Part shown: one piece after another, positions 1 through 10,104 of the stretch | How positions within the stretch are numbered: position 1 is the stretch's first letter | Layout of the letters: every line of letters begins with the position of its first letter | Assembly (NCBI GenBank): GCA_945874735.1 | Contig: CAMCHI010000004.1 | Location: 508-64,507, forward strand | Source: an uncultured Arcanobacterium sp. | Lineage (GTDB): Bacteria > Actinomycetota > Actinomycetes > Actinomycetales > Actinomycetaceae | Direction of reading: 5' to 3' | DNA length: 64,000 nucleotides | Translations under genes and position numbers: made by a program | Notes under the pieces: model-generated | Told to the model about the DNA's origin: nothing | The model's database searches: none | The model's input: only the letters and a program-made list of their open reading frames with translations

Positions 1-144
1 ATTTTAGAAAAAGTATTGCGTGAACTAATGTTTGAGATTCCTTCCAGAAACGATGTGATGAAAGTGATCATTACTAAAGAGGCAGTGACGGAGGAAGCAG
101 AACCAACTTTAGTGCTTCTCACTGGTGAGAAAAAAGAAGCCTGA
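1..144 (+). CDS. clpX: 3' end of ATP-dependent Clp protease ATPase subunit ClpX (partial)
   Basis: Frame 1 reads ILEKVLRELMFEIPSRNDVMKVIITKEAVTEEAEPTLVLLTGEKKEA*, matching the ClpX C-terminus. Not in the ORF track because it is truncated by the window edge. Confidence 0.85.
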   Translation: MLEKVLRELMFEIPSRNDVMKVIITKEAVTEEAEPTLVLLTGEKKEA

Positions 145-221
145 AACGGATTGCAGGTAACAGAATGCCCACTCCCCTTGAATCAGGTGTGCTAAGGGAA
201 CCCGGCGTTCCTGTGCAATAT

Positions 222-593
222 ATGGCGGTAGAAACCAGCCGCGAAGTCAATGAGTTGCGGGAAAATATGGGTAATGGGCAAAAAACAGATCTAGAAAGCT
301 ATCGCGCTATAATTGACCAACTAGATCAAGACCTAGTGCATTTATTGGCTACTCGCTTTCGTTATACCGCTCAAATAGGAGAGCTAAAAGCTAATCAAGA
401 GCTTCCAGCTTCAGATCCGCAACGAGAAAACCAGCAAATGTTGCGTCTTACTTCTTTGGCACAGGCTCAAGGAATAGATCCTCACTTAGTGAGGCAAATT
501 TGGCAACTAATTCACCAAGCCGTAGTGCAAAATCATCAAGAAATACTGCAAAACGTAAAATTAAATCCCATAAATCCTGACACAGGTTTATAA
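222..593 (+). CDS. Stand-alone chorismate mutase, type II (AroQ-like)
   Basis: LESYRAIIDQLDQDLVHLLATRF...K...LPASDPQRE motif. Start uncertain (165, 222 or 265). Confidence 0.8.
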   Translation: MAVETSREVNELRENMGNGQKTDLESYRAIIDQLDQDLVHLLATRFRYTAQIGELKANQELPASDPQRENQQMLRLTSLAQAQGIDPHLVRQIWQLIHQAVVQNHQEILQNVKLNPINPDTGL

Positions 594-640
594 AAGAAGC
601 AGATAAATTACATGCTTTATTTGTGTGTATTATAGAAGTA

Positions 641-675
641 AAGGTGGTTGGCGAAAAGATTTCGCCAACCACCTT
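641..675. terminator. Perfect 16-bp hairpin, probable bidirectional terminator between convergent genes
   Basis: AAGGTGGTTGGCGAAA-AGA-TTTCGCCAACCACCTT. Confidence 0.8.
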
Positions 676-698
676 AGTATTTAACAGCTTAACTACTC

Positions 699-2531
699 TT
701 AGTTGTTGCTGTATATTTCAGTAATTTCTGCTGCGTAAGCATCAAGTACCCGATTGCGTCGCACTTTCATAGAAGGCGTGAGCATACCGTTTGCTACAGT
801 GAAATCAGTAGGAAGAATCTTGAACTTCCGGATTGATTCAGCACGCGATACCGACTCATTTGTGCGTTTAACTGCCCGATCTAAAGCTGCAATAATTTGT
901 GGGTCGTTAATCGCTTCAGTCATACTCATGGGGTCTAAACCGTGATTAGCTAACCATTGGGGGAGAGCTTCTGGATCTAAAGTGATTAACGCTGAAATAA
1001 ATGGTTGCTGGTCGCCTACCACCACTACTTGTGACACTAGCGGATGTCCGCGCAACTTATCTTCTAGCGGAGCGGGAGCTACATTCTTACCTCCCGCAGT
1101 AACGATAAGTTCCTTCTTGCGCCCAGTGATCCACACATAATCTTCATCGTCAATTCGTCCAATATCGCCAGTGCGGAACCAGCCGTCTGCTGTAAACACT
1201 TCTTTAGTAGCAGTTTCATTCTTGCGATAGCCTTTAAAGACGTGATCTCCTTTAACGAGGATTTCACCGTCCTCTGCTACTTTCACATAGCAACCAGGGT
1301 AGGCTTGACCTACTGAGCCGATACGAGTGTGATTAATGCGGTTTACAGTAGTAGGAGCAGAAGTTTCAGTCAAACCATAGCCTTCATACACCATGATGCC
1401 TGCTCCTCTGAAGAAATGACCTAAGCGTTCTCCTAAGGGGGCGCCGCCAGAAATAGTGCCGCGTAGTGCACCGCCACTGATTTCCCGTAATTTGTGGTAG
1501 ATTAGCCGGTCACCTAGTTTGTGTTGTGCGCGTAGTTTGGCAGATGGGCCCTCTGGAGTGTCTAAAGCCCGAGAGAATGCGATAGCTACTTTTGCCATCG
1601 TGCGGAATAAACGCAACTTTAGACCTTTACCTGCTTTTGCGTCTGCAGAATTGTAAATTTTTTCAAATACGCGCGGCACTGCCAAAATCAAAGTAGGCTT
1701 GTAACTTTGCATATCTGCCACTAGATTGCGAATATCGGGGCAGTATCCCACCTTATTGCCGGCATAAATTACTGTTAAGTTAATAAAGCGCGCAAATACG
1801 TGGGCTAACGGTAAGAATAAAAGAGCGCGCGGGTCTTTACCACCCAGTAATTGCACGAGGTCTTCATTGGTTACTCCATTAAACACTACGTGCAAGATAT
1901 TGCGGTGGGTAAGCTCCACTCCCTTTGGATTACCAGTAGTACCAGAAGTATAGATAACCGTCCATAAATCATCTGCTGTTTTTTGATCTATTAGTTCATC
2001 TAATACATGATCAGGGACGCTCTTACCTAATTTGGTGAGTTTTTCTTGTGCATTATCGTTCATTACCCAAGCTTGCTTGAAATGCTTTTGCTTCTTAAAA
2101 ATAGGGTCGATTACTGCGCGTAAAGCCTCGTTTTCTACTACGGCTGCTACCACATCGGCGTCTTGAATAATCCATTCTGCTTGTTCAGTGGAAGAAGTTT
2201 CATAGATCGGGATTGCACATGCACCGGCAAACTGGATAGCAAAATCAAAAAGAGACCATTCATAAGAAGTGTGGGCCATGATTGCCACATGATCACCTGG
2301 TTTAATGCCGGAAGCTATTAACCCGCGTGCTACTTGGCGAATTTCTTCCACAAATTGCTTAAAGGTAATATCTACCCATTGCCCAGAAAATTCCGATTTT
2401 CGGGCAACGATGGCTTTTTTAGGGGTTTCATCTGCAAGACGGCGAATTAAAGCCGGTACCGTCATTGTGGGTGCGACTTCAATCTTTCCAGGTACGAAAG
2501 AAATACCTTTTTCTTCAATCAGTTCACTCAT
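699..2531 (-). CDS. fadD: Long-chain fatty acid-CoA ligase (AMP-dependent synthetase, FadD family)
   Basis: AMP-binding loop IYTSGTTGNPKG; YGLTET and GWFRTGDIG motifs. AGGAGA SD precedes the ATG at 2531. Confidence 0.9.
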   Translation of the reverse strand: MSELIEEKGISFVPGKIEVAPTMTVPALIRRLADETPKKAIVARKSEFSGQWVDITFKQFVEEIRQVARGLIASGIKPGDHVAIMAHTSYEWSLFDFAIQFAGACAIPIYETSSTEQAEWIIQDADVVAAVVENEALRAVIDPIFKKQKHFKQAWVMNDNAQEKLTKLGKSVPDHVLDELIDQKTADDLWTVIYTSGTTGNPKGVELTHRNILHVVFNGVTNEDLVQLLGGKDPRALLFLPLAHVFARFINLTVIYAGNKVGYCPDIRNLVADMQSYKPTLILAVPRVFEKIYNSADAKAGKGLKLRLFRTMAKVAIAFSRALDTPEGPSAKLRAQHKLGDRLIYHKLREISGGALRGTISGGAPLGERLGHFFRGAGIMVYEGYGLTETSAPTTVNRINHTRIGSVGQAYPGCYVKVAEDGEILVKGDHVFKGYRKNETATKEVFTADGWFRTGDIGRIDDEDYVWITGRKKELIVTAGGKNVAPAPLEDKLRGHPLVSQVVVVGDQQPFISALITLDPEALPQWLANHGLDPMSMTEAINDPQIIAALDRAVKRTNESVSRAESIRKFKILPTDFTVANGMLTPSMKVRRNRVLDAYAAEITEIYSNN

Positions 2532-2612
2532 GGTTCTCCTTGTGTTGAAAGGCATTCCTCAAGCCATGAGTTTTCCACGTCTTGTTGATGTTTACTTACT
2601 CAGGCCAGAGGA

Positions 2613-2649
2613 GGTGTCTTAAAGTAAATCAGGGGAGCTTTAAGACACC
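2613..2649 (-). terminator. Hairpin downstream of valS
   Basis: GGTGTCTTAAAG...CTTTAAGACACC, 12-bp perfect stem. Confidence 0.65.
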
Positions 2650-2669
2650 AGCCATAGCCTCAGTATATT

Positions 2670-5327
2670 TTATACATTTTTTAACACAAAATCAGTAACT
2701 GTAAATTCTGCCGTGTCTTGGGTGGTTGTAAGCTGTAATTCACCTTCGATATTGGCAGCAGAAACCAAATCAGCCTGTACCAGTTTCAAGGTATCTACTG
2801 CGTTTTCTGGCACGCATAAAGTTACTCGCTCATAGGCAGTGCGCTGACTTACCTTAGCTTCCGTCTTTACCTTGCGCAAAGCCCGCAAAGCATCTCCCGC
2901 ATACACCAAAGCTAAATCTGATTCGCCTGCCGCTACATTTAACTCATCGGCTACTGGCCAAGCGGCCTGATGTACCGAACCCGTGCGATACCAAGACCAA
3001 ACTTCTTCTGTAGCATAAGGTAAAACTGGGGCAAACAAACGCAAGAATACGTCAATAGCTAGATTTAACGCATTGCGTGCAGAGGCAATTTCTGCATCTG
3101 CACCTGCGGCAGCTAAAACGCCTTCCCGATCAGTAGCACGTGCTTTTACTAGCTCCACGTAGTCGTCACAGAAAGTCCAGAAACAAGTTTCTGCAACTTC
3201 CAAAGCGCGCGTGTGGTCGTACTTCTCAAAAGCCTCAGTAGCCTGCGTGATTACGCTTTGTAGTTGAGAAATTAGCGCTCGATCTAGAGGATTAGTAACT
3301 GCTGTTTGTTGTAAAGTAATTGGCGCATCACTACCCGCAGCCTGCAAAGCAAACTTAGAACCATTTAACACTTTCATAGCTAAACGGCGACCAATTTTCA
3401 TTTGCTGCTCGTCAAAAGCAGCATCGGTTCCCAAACGGGCAGAAGCAGCCCAATAGCGTACTGCATCAGAACCATGCTTTTCCAGCAGACCCATTGGAGT
3501 TACTACATTTCCTTTAGATTTACTCATCTTCTTTCGGTCAGGATCTAAAATCCAGCCCGAAATAGCTGCGTGCTTCCAAGGAATTCCACCAAATTCAAGG
3601 TGTGCTCGCACCATGGTGGAGAAAAGCCAAGTGCGGATAATGTCTTGGCCTTGTGGACGCACGTCCATCGGATAAACCTTACTGAATAAGTCCTCATCAT
3701 TAATCCAGCCCCCTGCGATTTGTGGGGAGAGGGAAGAAGTGGCCCAAGTGTCCATAATATCTACTTCACCCACGAAACCGCCTGGCATTGCGCGTTGTTC
3801 TTCACTAAAACCAGGAGGACAATCGCTAGACGGATCGATAGGAAGCTGATCCATGGTGGGCACTAATACTGCATCGTAATCTACATCGCCCGACTCGGTT
3901 ACGCGATACCACACTGGAATAGGTACGCCAAAGAAACGCTGACGAGAAATTAACCAGTCGGTAGTTAAACCTTCTACCCAGTTTGCGTACCGTACCCGCA
4001 TAAAGTCAGGGTGGAAATCTACTTCTTTCCCGCGTTCTAGCAAATTATCACGCAATTGAGCGCCGTTAGCTTCTAGGTATGCTCTACCGCCATTGCGGAT
4101 ATACCATTGCCGTGACGAAACGATTTCTAGTGGCTTATCGCCTTTTTCAAAGAAGTTGGTTTTGCGCACGGTAGGCTTTTCTTCGCCTAGCATTTCGCCA
4201 GTTTCTTTCAGCTTTTCCACTAATACTGCCCGAGCGGAAAAAGTGGTTTTGCCGCCCATTTGGCTATACATTTCTTGCCCTGTAGGGCTGGTAATCCAAG
4301 CAGGAGTATCACGCAATAGACGGCCGTCTTTACCTAAAATAGAGCGCATAGGGAGTTGCAGATCGCGCCACCATTCTACGTCGGTAATATCGCCGAAAGT
4401 ACAGCACATTGCAATACCTGCACCTTTATCAATTTCTGCTTTACGGTGTGCTAATACTGGTAGTTCTACTTGGAAAATCGGAGATGTTACGGTTTGGCCA
4501 AATAGGTGTTGGTAACGCTCGTCATCAGGGTGTGCAATTAGGGCTACACAAGCTGGTAGTAATTCTGGGCGAGTAGTTTCAATAATTACTTCTTCACCAT
4601 TAGCAGTGCGGAATACTAAGCTGTGGTAAGAACCTGGATATTCGCGTGATTCTACTTCTGCTTGTGCCACTGCTGTCTGGAAAGTAACGTCCCATAAGCC
4701 AGGAGCTTGATCTTGGTAGGCTTCTCCTCGTTCTAAATTGCGAATAAAAGCAGCTTGGGTGACGCGCTGAGCACGTTCTCCAATGGTTTGATAGTGCTGT
4801 TTCCAATCTACAGATAAGCCTAAATGACGCCACAAATTCTCAAACTGTTGCTCGTCTTCAGCAGTTAGCTTCCAGCACAACTCGATAAAGTTACGGCGAG
4901 AAATTGGTACTTGATCAGCGAGTTTAATAGATTTTCCTTCACCGCCGGTGTGTGGGGGCACAAAATCTGGATCGTAAGGTAAGGACGGGTCACACCGTAC
5001 TCCGTAGTAATTTTGTACACGGCGTTCGGTAGGTAAACCATTATCGTCCCAACCCATCGGGTAAAAGACGTTATAACCTCGCATTCGCTTATAGCGTGCC
5101 ACTACGTCGGTGTGAGTATAGCTAAAGACGTGTCCTACATGGAGAGAACCAGAAACAGTAGGAGGAGGGGTGTCTATAGAAAAGACGGCTTCTCGAGTGG
5201 TTTCACGGTTGAAATCATAAGTACCATTTTCGGTCCAGAACTGACCCCAGCGAGTTTCTAGCCCCTCAAGAGCGGCACGATCCGGAACCTTGGTGTAATC
5301 AAGCAATGCGGAGTTTTTAGTATTCAT
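2670..5327 (-). CDS. valS: Valine-tRNA ligase (short type-2 form)
   Basis: SGSLHVGH (HIGH), GWDDNGLPTE, DWLISRQR and KMSKS motifs. Confidence 0.97.
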   Translation of the reverse strand: MNTKNSALLDYTKVPDRAALEGLETRWGQFWTENGTYDFNRETTREAVFSIDTPPPTVSGSLHVGHVFSYTHTDVVARYKRMRGYNVFYPMGWDDNGLPTERRVQNYYGVRCDPSLPYDPDFVPPHTGGEGKSIKLADQVPISRRNFIELCWKLTAEDEQQFENLWRHLGLSVDWKQHYQTIGERAQRVTQAAFIRNLERGEAYQDQAPGLWDVTFQTAVAQAEVESREYPGSYHSLVFRTANGEEVIIETTRPELLPACVALIAHPDDERYQHLFGQTVTSPIFQVELPVLAHRKAEIDKGAGIAMCCTFGDITDVEWWRDLQLPMRSILGKDGRLLRDTPAWITSPTGQEMYSQMGGKTTFSARAVLVEKLKETGEMLGEEKPTVRKTNFFEKGDKPLEIVSSRQWYIRNGGRAYLEANGAQLRDNLLERGKEVDFHPDFMRVRYANWVEGLTTDWLISRQRFFGVPIPVWYRVTESGDVDYDAVLVPTMDQLPIDPSSDCPPGFSEEQRAMPGGFVGEVDIMDTWATSSLSPQIAGGWINDEDLFSKVYPMDVRPQGQDIIRTWLFSTMVRAHLEFGGIPWKHAAISGWILDPDRKKMSKSKGNVVTPMGLLEKHGSDAVRYWAASARLGTDAAFDEQQMKIGRRLAMKVLNGSKFALQAAGSDAPITLQQTAVTNPLDRALISQLQSVITQATEAFEKYDHTRALEVAETCFWTFCDDYVELVKARATDREGVLAAAGADAEIASARNALNLAIDVFLRLFAPVLPYATEEVWSWYRTGSVHQAAWPVADELNVAAGESDLALVYAGDALRALRKVKTEAKVSQRTAYERVTLCVPENAVDTLKLVQADLVSAANIEGELQLTTTQDTAEFTVTDFVLKNV

Positions 5328-5520
5328 GTTTTATATTCTTTCATGCTTTGGAAAGAAAAAATAAGTTTCCTTTCCAGGGGTGGTAGGGGTCACGCTGTGC
5401 TGGCTTTTAGTTTGGCAGACACACCTAGACTATTGTGAAACAGCAAGCAGAGCTAATTAAGTCAAACAAAGTGCTAACTTACTGCGCTTATGAGGAGTTG
5501 CTGCTTGTTTTAGTTCCTAA

Positions 5521-6339
5521 TTATTTAGGATTCAGTTCATTATCTTTGGTGATGGCTGCCTCTACAGCAGCAATCACCGAATTAGTAAACCCGACTTTTT
5601 CCATTGCTAAAATACCGGCAATGGTAGTGCCACCTGGAGAGGTGACGGTATCAACCAAAGCTTGAGCTCGAGTATCTGGCAGATTATGTAACACCAATTC
5701 TGCCGATCCTGCCACAGCTTGCGCTGCGATTTTCAATGCTACTTCTTTAGACATACCAGCAGCTAAAGCAGCTTTAGAAAGAGCGTCTATATAGGTGAAA
5801 GTCCAAGCTGGTGAGCACCCAGCAATTGCGGTAAAAGCAGCAAAATCTTTTTCAGCAATCGTGACGGTTTGCCCAATTGCTTGGAAAATTTTTGTTACTT
5901 TCGTAAATTGGTTATCCGATACGAAAGTATTAGGGCATAAAGCAGTGATACTTTTTCCGATAGCAGAATTAACATTAGGCATAGCCCGCACAATAGGCAA
6001 AGTAGCTCCTATCGCGGCATTTAATTTCGGGATAGAAGTACCGGCTGCTACAGAAATAATCACTGTCTGGTTGGCTATAGCGATTGGGGCAATTTCGTTT
6101 AGTACCTGTGCCACTAAATGGGGCTTTACTGCTAATATTACAAAGCCTTGTGGGCCTAGTTCTTGTACTAGAGTTTTATTATCGGGAGCATGGAGGATAC
6201 TTAACTCTTGGCTGAGCTGCATGGCCTTTTCTGCATTATGGCGGGTGAAATAAATTTCATGGGGCTGGTAAATGCCAGCATGTAATACTCCGCGAATGAT
6301 TGCGCTTCCCATTGCGCCTGCGCCGATAAAGCCTAGCAT
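5521..6339 (-). CDS. proC: Pyrroline-5-carboxylate reductase
   Basis: GFIGAGAMG Rossmann motif, RAMPN, VTSPGGTT; AGGAGG SD. Confidence 0.95.
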   Translation of the reverse strand: MLGFIGAGAMGSAIIRGVLHAGIYQPHEIYFTRHNAEKAMQLSQELSILHAPDNKTLVQELGPQGFVILAVKPHLVAQVLNEIAPIAIANQTVIISVAAGTSIPKLNAAIGATLPIVRAMPNVNSAIGKSITALCPNTFVSDNQFTKVTKIFQAIGQTVTIAEKDFAAFTAIAGCSPAWTFTYIDALSKAALAAGMSKEVALKIAAQAVAGSAELVLHNLPDTRAQALVDTVTSPGGTTIAGILAMEKVGFTNSVIAAVEAAITKDNELNPK

Positions 6340-6550
6340 ACGTCCTCCTGTATGTTTTTAACTCTTAGCTAAGTTTTTCATATTTTATTGGCTTTTCCCT
6401 AGAGCAAAACGATATTGTGGCATGAAAAGTGTTATGAGGAGCTTAAAATAAGCGTTTTTACTCATAGTAACGGGTTCAATATACCTTGAACTAGCAAAAG
6501 AAAAGCAAACTCAGTTAAGATGTGTGGTGGACGTACAACTGCAAGTAAAA

Positions 6551-6878
6551 GCATTGATCTGGCTATCACCAGGGAGCTTCCAGAAGAACCGCCAACTTTA
6601 AGAAACTGCCCAGCTACTTAAAAATATCTAGTGCTAAACAGGAAAATTCTCCCGTTGCACTATGGTGTGAGTAGGGGAAGTTAATTAAAGGAAAGCCTAG
6701 TAGAACTGGACGGTAAGGGCCCGTCATCGCCCATAAATGAGCGGCAATGCCAACCTAATAGCAGTCATCTCACAAGATGAATACTGGAAATTAGGGAGTT
6801 TGGTAGTGCAAGCGAGGTGGTCCCGCGGGATAGCTAACTGTCTATCTCGTCCTCGTTCTAAAAAGAATGGACGAGGAG
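6551..6878 (+). promoter_or_regulatory. Translational (actinobacterial ileS-type) T-box riboswitch with Ile specifier AUC
   Basis: Ultrashort stem I GCATTGATCTGGCTATCACCAGGGAGC (ATC at 6565-6567). Stem II with AAGAA/AGTAG S-turn. IIA/B GACGG...CCGTC with GGGC/GCCC pseudoknot. T-box GCAAGCGAGGTGGTCCCGCGG. CTCGTCC (6846-6852) pairs with GGACGAG (6869-6875), overlapping the SD GAGGAG. Confidence 0.92.
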
Positions 6879-6882
6879 TAAT

Positions 6883-9800
6883 ATGACATCCCCTAAGTAT
6901 CCTTTACATCGTGCAGGCGAAGTAGTGGCTTCCCCTAATTTGCCACAGCTAGACAAAGACGTAATTGCCGATTGGGAGCAAGACCAAACTTTCCAAGCTT
7001 CTATTGATAATCGCGCCGCAGGAATAAACGGGGAAAATGAATTTGTATTTTATGATGGCCCGCCCTTTGCTAACGGTTTGCCACACTATGGTCATTTGCT
7101 TACCGGTTATGTGAAAGATTTAATTGCGCGTTTCCAAACTCAGCTAGGTAAGCGAGTAGAACGTGATTTTGGTTGGGATACGCATGGTTTACCAGCAGAA
7201 TTAGAAGCCGAAAAAATCTTAGGTATCGAAGATAAATCAGAAATTGAAGATAAGTACGGTATCCAAACCTTTAATGAAACTTGCCGTACTTCAGTAATGA
7301 AGTACGCCCAAGAGTGGAAAGAGTACGTATCACGGCAAGCGCGTTGGGCTGACTTTGATGGCGGGTATCGCACTTATGAGCCTAAATACATGGAGTCGGT
7401 AATCTGGGCGTTTAAGCAACTTTACGATAAAGGATTAGCTTACGAAGGCTATCGCGTTCTGCCTTATTGCTGGAATGATCAAACTCCGCTTTCCAACCAT
7501 GAATTAAAAATGGATGATGAAGTTTATCAAAATCGGCAAGACCAAACGGTAACCGTTGGTTTACGACTCGAAAGTGGCGAGTTAGCGCTAATTTGGACTA
7601 CTACTCCTTGGACTCTACCGTCTAATTTTGCTATTGCAGTAGGGCCAGAAATTGATTATGTAACGGTGGTACCGCAAAGCGGAGAATTTGCGGGAGAAAA
7701 AATCTTATTGGCGGCAGCACGAGTGCCAGCATATGCTAAGGAACTAGGTGAAAATCCGCCAGTAGTAGCACAATATAAAGGTAAAGAACTAGAGGGTAAG
7801 TTCTATTATCCGATTTTTGATTACTTTAGCCGTGATGAGGAAGCTCCAGGTAAGAATGCTTGGCAGATTCGTGCTGCGGAGTATGTAAGTACTGAAGACG
7901 GTACCGGTTTAGTGCATATCGCGCCATATGGTGAAGAGGATATGCTGGTATTAGCTGGAGCTGATATTAAAGTAGTAGAAACCGTGGATGAAGGAGCAGT
8001 GTTCTATCCCGCGGTGAGTGATTATTCTGGAATGCAAGTATTTGAGGCAAACCGTCCAATTATTAACGACTTGCGTGATGGTACTGGGGCATTAGCGCGG
8101 TGCGCGCCACAGCAGCGGGCACGTTTAATTCGGGAACAATCCTATGTGCACTCCTATCCACATTGTTGGCGTTGTCGCAAGCCACTTATTTATAAGCCAG
8201 TTACTTCTTGGTTTGTGGCAGTTACTCAGTTCAGAGACCGCATGGTGGAGCTGAATGAAGAAATTACTTGGCAACCAGAACACATTAAAGATGGCATTTT
8301 TGGTAACTGGTTGAAAGGAGCGCGGGACTGGTCTATTTCCCGCAATCGCTATTGGGGCACTCCAATTCCAGTATGGAAATCCGATAATCCTGCCTATCCG
8401 CGTATTGATGTGTATGGCTCGTTTGCGGAGTTGGAACGTGATTTTGGACGATTGCCACGCAATGCGCAAGGTGAGCCAGATTTGCACCGTCCTTATATTG
8501 ACGATTTAGTGCGTCCAAATCCAGATGATCCAAGCGGAAAATCTATGATGCGTCGTATTCCTGATATTTTAGACGTGTGGTTTGATTCTGGTTCGATGTC
8601 GTGGGCACAAAAGCATTACCCGTTTGAGAATCAAGAATGGTTCGAGAATCATTTCCCTGGTGATTTCATCGTGGAATATATTGGACAGACGCGCGGTTGG
8701 TTCTATGTAATGCACGTATTAGCCACAGCATTATTCGACCGTCCTGCCTTTACTTCCTGTATTTCCCACGGAATTATTTTAGGTAATGACGGGCGTAAAG
8801 CCTCCAAGTCGTTACGTAACTATCCAGACCCGATGGAAATGTATGACGCATATGGTTCAGACGCAGTGCGCTGGATGCTTATGAGTTCCCCAGTGTTGCG
8901 GGGCGGTAACTTAATGGTGGCAGAAGAAAGTATTCGGGAAGCAGTACGACACGTAATTTTGCCAGTCTGGAATAGTTACTATTTCTTTGCCCTCTATGCG
9001 GGTACAGTAAACGGGGGAGCTGGTTATCAAGCTAAACTGCTAGATTTATCCGACCCGGCAGTAGTGGCAGAGCTAGATGTAATGGATCGTTACCTCCTAG
9101 CTCGCACCAAGAAACTAGCTGATACGGTACGGGAACTATTTGTAAATCTAGATGTGCCGGCCGCTGGTGGAGTAGTGCGCGACTATCTAGATTTGCTCAC
9201 GAACTGGTATGTGCGCACTTCACGTGATCGTTTCTGGAATGAAGATTTGCGAGCTTTTGATACGCTCTACACTGCTTTAGAAGCCTTAATGCGCGTATTA
9301 GCTCCATTAGCTCCGCTCCTTACGGAAGAAGTGTGGCGTGGATTGACGGGAGGACGTTCAGTACATTTAACGGACTGGCCACAATTACCAGAAATTCCAC
9401 ATAGTGCTGAACTGGTACAAGTAATGGACGAAGTGCGGGCAGTGGTGTCCAGTGCCCACGCTTTACGTAAAGCTAATAAACTGCGTGTACGTCAGCCATT
9501 AGCTAAGTTAAGCGTAGTGACTGATATAGACTTAAGCGCCTTTGTGGACTTAATTGCTGCGGAAGTTAATGTAAAGCAAGTAGAGCTAATGGGGGCAGCT
9601 GAATCCGGTTTAGCAGTATCACAAGAACTTTCAGTATTACCACGCGAACTAGACCCTGCACTGCGTAAGCATACTTCTGCTCTGTTTAAAGCAGCGCGAG
9701 AAGGAGCTTGGGAAATAGTGCCAGAAGGTGTGAAATTACAGGTAGCAGACGGTATTGTATTGCAACCGCACCAATTCGAGTTGGCTACAGTAGTGACAGC

Positions 9801-10104
9801 AGAACCGGGATCGGTGGCAAGTGTACTAGAATCTGGTTCGTTCATTGTGTTAGATACCGTATTAACGGCACAGCTAGAAGCGGAAGGGTATGCGCGAGAT
9901 GTTATTCGTGCAATTCAAGACCACCGAAAAGCTAGTGATTTGCACGTGGCAGACCGGATTAAGCTCAGCTTACAAGTGCCAGAGGAGCACTTAGGGGCAG
10001 TAGAAGCTAATCTAGAAATGATTAAGAATGAAACGCTTAGCTTAGAAGCCACTGTGGTGGGGGGAGCAAACGAACTACAGATTGCGGTAGAGGTGATTTC
10101 ATGA
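6883..10104 (+). CDS. ileS: Isoleucine-tRNA ligase (IleRS2 type)
   Basis: DGPPFANGLPHYGH, GWDTHGLP, WTTTPWTLPSN, DWSISRNRYWG; KASKS in place of KMSKS; Ile T-box upstream. Confidence 0.97.
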   Translation: MTSPKYPLHRAGEVVASPNLPQLDKDVIADWEQDQTFQASIDNRAAGINGENEFVFYDGPPFANGLPHYGHLLTGYVKDLIARFQTQLGKRVERDFGWDTHGLPAELEAEKILGIEDKSEIEDKYGIQTFNETCRTSVMKYAQEWKEYVSRQARWADFDGGYRTYEPKYMESVIWAFKQLYDKGLAYEGYRVLPYCWNDQTPLSNHELKMDDEVYQNRQDQTVTVGLRLESGELALIWTTTPWTLPSNFAIAVGPEIDYVTVVPQSGEFAGEKILLAAARVPAYAKELGENPPVVAQYKGKELEGKFYYPIFDYFSRDEEAPGKNAWQIRAAEYVSTEDGTGLVHIAPYGEEDMLVLAGADIKVVETVDEGAVFYPAVSDYSGMQVFEANRPIINDLRDGTGALARCAPQQRARLIREQSYVHSYPHCWRCRKPLIYKPVTSWFVAVTQFRDRMVELNEEITWQPEHIKDGIFGNWLKGARDWSISRNRYWGTPIPVWKSDNPAYPRIDVYGSFAELERDFGRLPRNAQGEPDLHRPYIDDLVRPNPDDPSGKSMMRRIPDILDVWFDSGSMSWAQKHYPFENQEWFENHFPGDFIVEYIGQTRGWFYVMHVLATALFDRPAFTSCISHGIILGNDGRKASKSLRNYPDPMEMYDAYGSDAVRWMLMSSPVLRGGNLMVAEESIREAVRHVILPVWNSYYFFALYAGTVNGGAGYQAKLLDLSDPAVVAELDVMDRYLLARTKKLADTVRELFVNLDVPAAGGVVRDYLDLLTNWYVRTSRDRFWNEDLRAFDTLYTALEALMRVLAPLAPLLTEEVWRGLTGGRSVHLTDWPQLPEIPHSAELVQVMDEVRAVVSSAHALRKANKLRVRQPLAKLSVVTDIDLSAFVDLIAAEVNVKQVELMGAAESGLAVSQELSVLPRELDPALRKHTSALFKAAREGAWEIVPEGVKLQVADGIVLQPHQFELATVVTAEPGSVASVLESGSFIVLDTVLTAQLEAEGYARDVIRAIQDHRKASDLHVADRIKLSLQVPEEHLGAVEANLEMIKNETLSLEATVVGGANELQIAVEVIS

